64,000 nt of DNA from Auanema rhodensis (taxonomy: Eukaryota; Animalia; Nematoda): the NCBI GenBank assembly GCA_964057225.1, contig OZ059897.1, forward strand, positions 13,082,001 through 13,146,000. The letters are read 5' to 3'. The translations under genes were made by a program, and so were the position numbers. This document shows, piece after piece, positions 52,901-64,000 of the stretch. Below the pieces are notes generated by a model, which saw nothing but the letters and a program-made list of their open reading frames with translations, did not search any database and was not told where the DNA came from. Within the stretch, counting starts at the first letter, position 1, and the number at the start of each line of letters is the position of its first letter.

Positions 52901-55900
52901 TTCCTTGAAATCAGGTACATTGACCGGAATGATCCATGCTTATCCAACTCTCAAAAATGGAAAAGTGGACATGAAAGACATCATGAAAAGAGAGAGGAAA
53001 TGAGATTGAAAGATAAAAAAGACATGAGACTCATCTTGGAAAATGAGAAGAATAAGATAGATGGACAGAAGAGTCGTTGACAAACTCTGAAGACTGAGAA
53101 AGAAAAGCCGAAAAAGGGCAACAAGTTTCTCCTTGGCTTCACTCCGCCCGAATCTGCTCAGCTGTATCTTTAGTAACATCATCATCATCACAACCACCCA
53201 ATACTTCTTCGACGTTTCAAAGTATATTGTCTAGTATCAACAACGTTTCTCTCTATTTTGGCTATCCTATTTGGCTCAGTTTCATCTAGTCCTTCATTGT
53301 CATCTTCATTTTGTAATCAGTTGCTATACTTTTGCCGGATGGCAGCCGTCACGTTGACGAATTCGACATCACTAGCTGCAGCGTCCATACTTTCAAAGCC
53401 TATGACCCTTGCGGAAAAAGTAACACTAGTTGAAAAAGCTATTGATGATGCAAGCAGTACGAGCAGCAGGAGCAGCACTAGTCCACTTCGAGCCAATCAT
53501 ACTGATGAACCTTATCACCATCACGAACCTACTGAATCCCGTCGTAGCTCTGTCGCAACAACGGCTACTGTAATGACGGCAACGGCTTTAGACCAACAAG
53601 AATCTGTATATGTAATAGCTTCCATGACTACTAAGCCATACTCTGGAAGAATTAACCGAACAACGTCCACTCGCAACGCTACAACATGTCGTCGAGTTCG
53701 ATTCCATGATAGGCGCAGAGGCACTACAGGCCAAAGGTATTGAATTTCATGAAAATAGATTTCTTCTTTGATATTTGAAAGCTTTAATAGAAGTGTTGCT
53801 TCAGAGCATGCTCTCATTATTCTATTTCATTTTCTTTTCAAAAGCTATGCCAATATACATCAGATATATATCTTATATCTATCTCGTTTCGCAGTCTGCT
53901 CCTTCCACATATCTCTTGTTCTTTCTTGTTTTTTTAAGAAGAAAAAGAAACTATGATGAACAAAAAAAAAGATTTTTTGTGAATAGGGAAGTAAGAGTAA
54001 AATAAGAAATATTGAGATTGAGGAAGATAAACCGAGAAAAAACGAGATATGCGTATATGAAATGAAAATGTAAGAGAATTAAAGAAATAAAGAGATAGAG
54101 AGATAGAATATGAAAGAAGAGTAAGTGTTCATGACAACCGTTCTTCACGTATGACTTCATTGAGACTAATAGATATTGGACTTTTTTCACGTGTGTCACG
54201 TGTAACTTAACGTATTACGTATCCCATATTCATTTCATTAGCATCATACCCTTCTTACTTAGTAATAGTGAGACGCGGTGTCACAGATCTTCATGACCAA
54301 TGAGCTTTTAAACAGCCAAGGAAACCTTTACTAGTATAACCAAATGTTTAATTTCATTTTCATTTTATCTGTTAATCTTATTGATTTTTATCTTTTTGCA
54401 ATAATTTTTATAATGTTGATGTCGTTCATATTCTCATACTTTCACATCTTATTAAGTCTCACCTTTGAAGCCATGTGTGTATACGTATTTGAATAATTCA
54501 TTTGCTCTAAGTCTTCAGACAACAGTTTCCATGGACATTCATAGTTTAAGTTGGAAAAATTGTAAAAAGCTAATGAGACAGAAAAGCAGACAACAAGACC
54601 AGAAAGAATTGCATAGAAGGTATGACGAGTTAAATGGAAAAAAAATAGTTTCTGATCAGAGGAATGAGTCGAAGTTAAAGCCGACGAATAATTAAAAAGT
54701 TCAATGTGAACTATGACATCTCTTAGAAAATGAATTTGAATTTTGGTTATGAATATTATCTAAGTGCTTCTCTTCTTTCATTTTTTTTTCTTGTTACATC
54801 ATAGATATGAAGAACAAAATTAGTCTTTTGAGAGTAATCCATCCATAGTACATTGTTAATATTTAGTGAAAATTGAAAAGTTTTTTTTTATGATCATTAT
54901 GAAGAATTGAAGAGCTAATATTCGCACTCGCTGTTAAGATTTGACAAACTATTTTTTAAATTTTTCTTTTTGTCTTTCATGTCCAGTTCACTCATACCCT
55001 GTTTGAACTTTTATCTGTTTTCTGATTTTTACGCGCAGATACACACACTTTTACAGCTTTCCTATATCCGCACAACATAGTTCGAGAAAGCACATATTAT
55101 ACATAGACATACATAGATGTATTTTTCATTTTAACGAAGCAGAAAAAAAATGTTCTAAAAGGAAAAATGTTATGTTTATTAGAAATTCTCTTGCTCTCTT
55201 TTCTCTATTATACACCTCTTATGGCAAATAGTCAATCTATATGTTGCTTATAACTTTATAGCTATACCGATGGATTAATATAGTTCTTATACACATATTC
55301 CTTAATTATATATTAATAACTTCATTTAAAATTATTTCAGAACAGAACTTTTGATTAAGTAATTTTCTTGTTTTGTTCTTAAAATGATCAACGTGTAGTG
55401 GAGGGAAAGAGTTGAAAGTCTGAAAAAGCCTTTTACCAATAGTTGTTGTATCTGATAAACTATCAGATGGAAATCTTTTTTAATTTATATAATCTAATCA
55501 TAGATTAGAAAACTTTCATTTCTATCTAGTATTCGAATGAAACTTTGTCTTCATTTCGTCACCTGTTAAACGTGTGCGTGTAGGTTTCAGCCTTGTTTCA
55601 TGAGTATATTCATATAAAAATCCTTTTATATGCAATACACCCACAGAAAATCCTCTGTTTCACTCAAAACTGAAGTCAGTTGATGCTAATGCAGAAGAAG
55701 AGGAGAATGTAGAGAGATTTGAGAGAAAAAAAGAGAAAAAGGAGGAAAAAGAAAAGAGGAAGGAAGGTATCACTTGTGCCCACAAAGTAGACAAATCGTT
55801 TTTAAATCTATAAATACACCTGAATATCTTCATACTCATCCATCAGTAACAATGATTAAAAAGAGTTTTGAATTCAAATTATATCATATTACAAGTTTTT

Positions 55901-58900
55901 TTATCAAATTTCGAAGTTATTTTGTGTCTCTTTCATGTATTCATGAGCTTGATCTGTTTATTTATACTAATCATTAGTAACAAATACAGAATAAGTTTCT
56001 TTTTTTCTAAGTAACTATATATAACTAATTTAATTATAAATATAAATTATATACAAATAATGAATATATATATAGTATATAGTATATAATCTTTTATTCA
56101 AATTTGCTCGATGTTCAGTTTTAAAATTTCTTTGAGAAAAAAAAACCATTGGATTTTGCATAATAAATTGGGGGGAAGATTTTTTTTTTGTTTTCACTCA
56201 AAAACATTCTTTTTCCTACTCACGAAGAAAAAAGTGTTAAATCATCTTAGGATTCATAAAATTGCATGGAACATTTGGGTGGTACAAACTACTTTTTGCT
56301 TTTTCTTTTCAAAAAAAAAGAAAGAGAAAGATTATTTTGGAAAAATGTTACTCTATCTTCAAGATAATATTTTTAGAATGATCAATTTTGCAGCAAGTTT
56401 ATGTCAGTGAATATCAGAAATAAAAGACAAAAATCAAAGTTCGAGCTATTTATCTAAAAGAAAGATGTTTTTTTTTATTCATACTGCTGTTCACTTATAT
56501 TATTTTTTACAATCTATCTTCATCTTTAAAATTACTTTTGTTTATATTTCAAATATTATGCTTTTTTTTAATAATGAATTGTCTTATGAATACGTTTTGA
56601 GAATATCTTTTTTAGATCAAATGAGTTATAATATTTTTCATATTTCGATGTTTCTTACATCATATTCTGAAAATTAAACATAATATATGTAGACATGGTA
56701 TGGACATGTACATACATCTACATACATATGTATATAACTCTCTACTGTTATAATGAAATCAAACGATTTTATTTCAAAAATAATTATTAATATATATATA
56801 TATAATAAAATAATTCATAATTTTATATTGTTTTCATAATATTCATTACGACATATGTGAAGTTTTAGAAGAGCATTCATTCTTGCACTTTTCTTACTTT
56901 TTTAATTTGAAATTTCTAAATATACATATCTAATGGGAAATACAGTTACAACAAAGTTTTTTGTTTGAATATTAATTAAAATTCAATAATAATAATGTTC
57001 TCAACTAACTATTTTCAACTATTCTTCTGTTATTTTGATTTTTCCATTTCATTTGTATTAAATATAGTTTTATACTGTTACTGTTGCATAACTCCGGAAA
57101 GTGACTGCGACTTTAACCAAGCATTAATGTTTTAATTATATTCAGAAACTGAATAATATTTCTGAATATATTTTTTTAACTGGGAAAATGAAAATTTGCA
57201 TTTTTTTCAGCTTATTGTTCATTTGTGAACATGATTTCTGGGGGACTTCCAGCTAGCTTTGTCTCGCTCTCTCTTTCTCCCTCTGTGTGTATCTCTCTCA
57301 GAGTTTTATAGAGATCAACATTGACTTCCCTAGTTGCTTGTCATATAATTCATATTTTTCATTTGAAAAATAGAAAATCTAATTATAATTAATAACTTCT
57401 TCAATTTTGCAGGATGGTCTCCTCAACATCACTGGCTTGGACGTGCCTTTTAGTACAATTGGTTTTATCTTGTGTATGTTTAATAGCGTCATTGGCTATA
57501 ATAGCTGCGAAATTGCAATCTACATCAATACATCCAGAAAAGCAGCATATTAGGTTCGTAGTAGATTTTAAGTTTTGTCGTTTTGTTTATTTCTTTGTTT
57601 TGGCTTAATTTGAAAAAAAAAGATATTTCTTTTCATAAGAATTATAAGAAGAAATGAAGACTTGACATAATGAGATGACGACTTTTGATATTTTGAAAAA
57701 AAAATTTTAAATAAAAAACAAATTTATTATATATATATATATAATAAATTTTTTGAAGTTTTATAATATATGTATATATATTATAAAACTTAATTTAATA
57801 AATGCCGTATGTTATGGTACATTTATGAAACTTCTATGGGTATAAACCAATAAATAGCTTCGTTTAGTAAGCTCTTAAAAGAAAGAAAAATATTTTCTTT
57901 TAAGTTTCTATTCAATTCTTTAACATTTTTCTTTTTGAATCCTAATGGAAAAAGTTCTAAAGTAGATGTAAACAAGAATAAAGTTTCTTTCGAATAAAAG
58001 CAAACCAGACTGATCTTATAAATGAGTGTCGAATGGCGTGAAAACAGGAAGTAAAGTATGGTTTACGTGAGAATATTGAAGCAAAAGTCATTTTATAAAA
58101 AAAATTTGAATAAAGCGGTCCATTCTCATAATTCTATATAAATAATCTTTTTCTTTTCAGCATCGAATGGTGGTCCTTTTGTGTTATGAGCTTTTTAATG
58201 ATATGGGCTACAATCTTTTCAATGTTAGGATTATCAGGACATAAAAAAATGTTAATTCTGCCTCATATATTATTATTGGTAAGTTTAAAATTATTTTTTG
58301 GATAACAAAATAAGAAATTAAACTATAATATTATTATTATTATTATTTTGATTTCATAGAACTGAATATATACAATAAACTTACATACATACATCGTATG
58401 TATTATTAGATATGTTAAATATAGATATTTATATATTATTTACATATTAATGAATGTTATAATTTGTTTACTATGCAGTACTATTACGTACATATGTGTA
58501 TATCCGTATCTAAAGTCCATCCTAAACCGGACCAGTAGTGTCAGAGCTGTCGCCATGGGTGATAATCTCTAAATTGCCTCAATGGTTCGATGGCTGAATC
58601 ACACCTACACATGAACTACTAACCTTTCACATTACATTTGAATTCTAAATATATTTTTTGTTAATTTTTCTTAAAATTTAAAGCAACATTTGACAATTAT
58701 CTACAGTTTTTTTGTATTTCAGCTTGTATACAGCTTATTCGTTGGACGTGTACTTCTTTTAGTTTTATTAGAGTTTGAGTTAACTGAACTCAATTGGCTA
58801 ATTGGAGTTTGTGTCTTAACAACAGCCGGTAATATCATTTAATCAAATAATATCCTTCATAACAACAACATTTAGAAATATTTCTAACGTGCTCAATTGT

Positions 58901-58934
58901 TTTTGAATTTCGAACGGTTACGTCTATGACCTAG
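43921..58934 (+). CDS. Small four-TM membrane protein, cluster gene 1 (unknown function), isoform with distal first exon
   Basis: First exon 43921-44000 (MPSSALLTIPDAHMGRKRRVSDFPHRK, GTGAGT donor, phase 2) is phase-compatible with core exons 57413-57553, 58161-58278, 58723-58828 and 58876-58934, which encode four hydrophobic helices. The core is well supported; the 13-kb join is inferred. Confidence 0.72.
53339..53736 (+). CDS. Alternative first coding exon of four-TM gene 1 (Ser/Thr-rich, ~132 aa)
   Basis: GC-richer open frame MAAVTLTNS..CRRVRFHDRRRGTTGQR ending AG|gtattg (phase 2), compatible with exon 57413. It is preceded by GA-rich promoter-like DNA at ~52330-53150. Confidence 0.7.
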
Positions 58935-58956
58935 AGTATATTAGAAATAAAATATA

Positions 58957-59695
58957 ATGGCAATGGATTATCAGGTTAGTTAGAATAAAGAATATATAAA
59001 TTATTTTATTTTTTATATATTAAATCATTATTTAGGTTGTTCTTGCTGGTGAAATGGTACTTCTAATTACGGGTATTACGGCTATTGGTATGTTGCATGG
59101 TTGGACAGAAGGTGTCGGCTATCATATGAGGGAATACTATACTCCTTTGTACGTTTATATAATTTTTTTTTGAAATTGGTAATATTATCTATTTCAGATG
59201 GGCATGTGCTGTATTAATGTGTGCTCTTTTACTATTAATTATATCATTAGCAATGGTTTTCATCTTTCTTCACTTTAATTGTCCTGGAATTATTAAACAA
59301 CATATCTTCGCATTGGTATTAATTTATAATTTATATATTGAATTTGGATATAATTAAGTCACACAAATACAATAATTTTTACTCTTAAAAAAGCTTTCAT
59401 ATATCAAACGATCAATATATCTTATACCATATAGGGAAAATTCTTAACTATTAGGCTTAAATCAGCATATAAATCATATAGTATATGAATATATAAATCT
59501 AATTAAGATATTCATGATTTTCAGGCTGTTTCGTGGCCGTTATCGTTATGCATCACAGTATCAGCAGTAGTTGCTGGAGCTCCAATACTTGTCGGAATTG
59601 TCTTAATTCTATTTTTCTCATCATTACTTCCATTTGCGTATATATATAGTCATGCTGAATGGACTACAGCAACTGAAGATTCACCCGTAATATAA
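58957..59695 (+). CDS. Small four-TM membrane protein, cluster gene 2 (~139 aa)
   Basis: Exons 58957-58974, 59036-59148, 59198-59315 and 59525-59695 are in frame: MAMDYQ-VVLAGEMVLLITG..-WACAVLMCALLLLIISLAMV..KQHIFAL-AVSWPLSLC..EDSPVI*. An extra intron from 59687 could give a slightly longer C-terminus. Confidence 0.8.
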
Positions 59696-59924
59696 ACAAT
59701 TTACAAATAAACAGTTCTCACCTTCCTCACTAGAATCCTCATCTAGCTTCCTCTCGCTTCACTCCTCCTCTCTTTCTTTTTCCTCCTGATTCCTAGTTTG
59801 TGAGCTAGAAGTTCTGATTAGTAAGTACTCCTTTACTTGTTATTTTGTTATATTCTTCCTTATTTCCTTAGTATAAACGAAAACAATAAGATTATCTTCC
59901 ATTCTTGTGAGCTGTGCAGTGATT

Positions 59925-60488
59925 ATGTTACGAACGATGACATTCAATTCTGAAGATCCAAACATCTATCTTCCTATTAAAATTCCTCTTCTCATCATTA
60001 CTATCTTTCAACTAACTTTTACTGTCATCTTTATTGTTGAAATTTCACTAACATTAACAAGAGATGATCAGTACTTTGTGAATAGCACAACAAGGTAAGC
60101 CTATTCAAATCTCTATCCTTCCCCTATGGATAATATCTTAATTTAGAATATTCTCTATCATATACTTAACTATCAATATACTTTGGGCTTTAAGCCTCGG
60201 ATGTGTTGTATACGTGATGATAACTAATCGATATTCTTTCTTAATCCCCCATTTAGTATATACGGTAATACATGAATTCTTTATAATTTCATTGAAGAGT
60301 TCTTCTTATTTCAGTCTATTTTGGAAATGTTTTATTTTTTATCTACAGCACTACTTTTCTTTGATGATACCGAACCATTATCATTAATATTTATCATATC
60401 TTTAACTATATTTCTGGCAATTTGTATCTATCATGAAATCAAATGTTATAGGAAAATGCGAATGTATGTTTGCAATGATGTGTTATAA
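59925..60488 (+). CDS. Small four-TM membrane protein, cluster gene 3 (~153 aa)
   Basis: Exons 59925-60094, 60147-60264 and 60315-60488 are in frame: MLRTMTFNSEDP..IFQLTF..-IFSIIYL..RYSFLIPHLVYT-SILEMF..IFLAICIYHEIKCYRKMRMYVCNDVL*. Confidence 0.8.
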
Positions 60489-60850
60489 TTTATAAAACGA
60501 AAAATCCCTTGATATTGATATGCTGAATATCTATTCTTACCAACCTTGTCACATGCTGTTTTTTTGTTTAATTATTGTCATGTTTGAACTTATCACTTTC
60601 TCCAGGTCACTTATTTTATAAATTAATAAAAATTATGTGAATTAATCGTTATTGAAACTTAATACAAATATATGAAAACATTATTAATGAAAACTTTAAA
60701 ATATGAAATATAAATAAAATTATTTATAATTAATTAAGAAATACATTAATCTTATCTAATTATAGTATGTTTTCATAATACAAGAATTAAATAAGAATAT
60801 TTTATAAAAATATTCTTGTTATAGCTAACTATTCGCATATTATATACAAA

Positions 60851-63031
<2,181 letters not shown>

Positions 63032-64000
63032 TTTCGTTAATTTTGTCTGAAATTTTTATAATTTTATATAAAATTTATTCGATGAAAAATAAATAACATG
63101 TATGACCAAAATTAAAAAAAAAACTACAATATGCAAGTTCAAGCATCCTGATACACATGTCATGTTTGGTTTTGATAACGAAAAATTATTTGACTAATCA
63201 GTTAATAACAAACAAAAGATCACGTTCTTTGTATTTATAAGTTTATCAGATTTGTAATCAAAGTTAATGACGATTTCATTTTACTTCATGAAACTTTGAT
63301 GAAATATTAAATAAATTAAATGAGATTCTTAAATAATTCTATCATAATCTATATAAATGAAAGAAAAACATTTTTTTAACAAAATGAAAAAAATAAAATT
63401 GGAGCTCTTTCTCGGATGTTACTAGCTTTATGACTTTAGAATAATTTATTTTCATTTACTGATATACATATGTATATGTAGATGAGATTAAACTAGACTA
63501 CTTTTAATTATTTATCAAACAAACACATTTTAATCAAAAATATACTAAAGATAAGAATATTTTATATATTTCTTTATTGAATAAATATATTTTAGATTAA
63601 TCTTCGAATTCTTTATAATGGTTCGATGAAAAGGAAAAGCAGAAATAAAAAACAAATGCATAATTAGATCAATAGGCTACAAATTAATTTTCATATATTT
63701 TTTATAAGTTAAATATAAGTAATTTATATTTCATTTTATTTTATTTTTACATTACTCATCACACAGTTATTTTTTGTTTCTGATATTGATTTTACTCCCA
63801 TACTATTCATGAATGTCCGAATAAGAAACTAGAATATTTGTTACTAAAGAGGATTCACCTCATTCAAAATGTCATTAATCTAACTTGAAATATGTTCAGG
63901 TTTATCTTTCCTCATGATTCTTTAATCAGATGGTTTTAACGATATTTCCGCTTCTATTTAATGCTTAATGCTTTGCAGTTTTCCTCGGCATTTTGTCTAA

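Noticed and set aside
53521-53817. 98-aa minus-strand ORF
   Set aside because: Antisense shadow of the + strand exon 53339-53736.
58583-58595. GGTTCGA resembling a tRNA T-loop or Pol III B-box
   Set aside because: No cloverleaf, A-box or complete GGTTCGANNCC.
58932-58959. Stop-codon readthrough fusing four-TM genes 1 and 2
   Set aside because: The 22-nt spacer puts gene 2 out of frame.
59875-59924. Non-AUG N-terminal extension of four-TM gene 3 (ORF track GTG at 59907)
   Set aside because: In-frame ATGs with A at -3 (59925, 59937) already precede TM1, so no extension is needed.

Overview
This is a very AT-rich eukaryotic window with many ~45-55 nt GT-AG introns and TTTCAG-type acceptors just upstream of start codons. 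That pattern indicates a rhabditid-type nematode, which is an inference; the species is not identified. All gene models were spliced by hand. Left to right: a DUSP-fold probable pseudophosphatase (+); TMEM216/mks-2 with a perfect X-box (-); alh-8/ALDH6A1 (-); a VIP36/LMAN2-type lectin (-); a ONECUT homeobox gene of the ceh-38 type (-) head-to-head with the paracaspase malt-1 (+); jip-1 (+), whose last intron is GC-AG; a cluster of three small four-TM genes (+); and a CYP4-clan P450 (-). The most interesting element is the four-TM cluster at 57.4-60.5 kb. Its three very divergent genes each contain an exon of exactly 118 nt with the same intron phases and an equivalently placed His. Only 22 nt separate the stop of gene 1 from the ATG of gene 2. 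About 18 kb of upstream DNA supplies alternative first exons, one with a PKA-type motif and one with a PP1-docking RVxF motif. It is a candidate polycistronic or unusual-operon unit encoding a heteromeric membrane complex. No rRNA, tRNA, CRISPR array or intact transposon was recognised.
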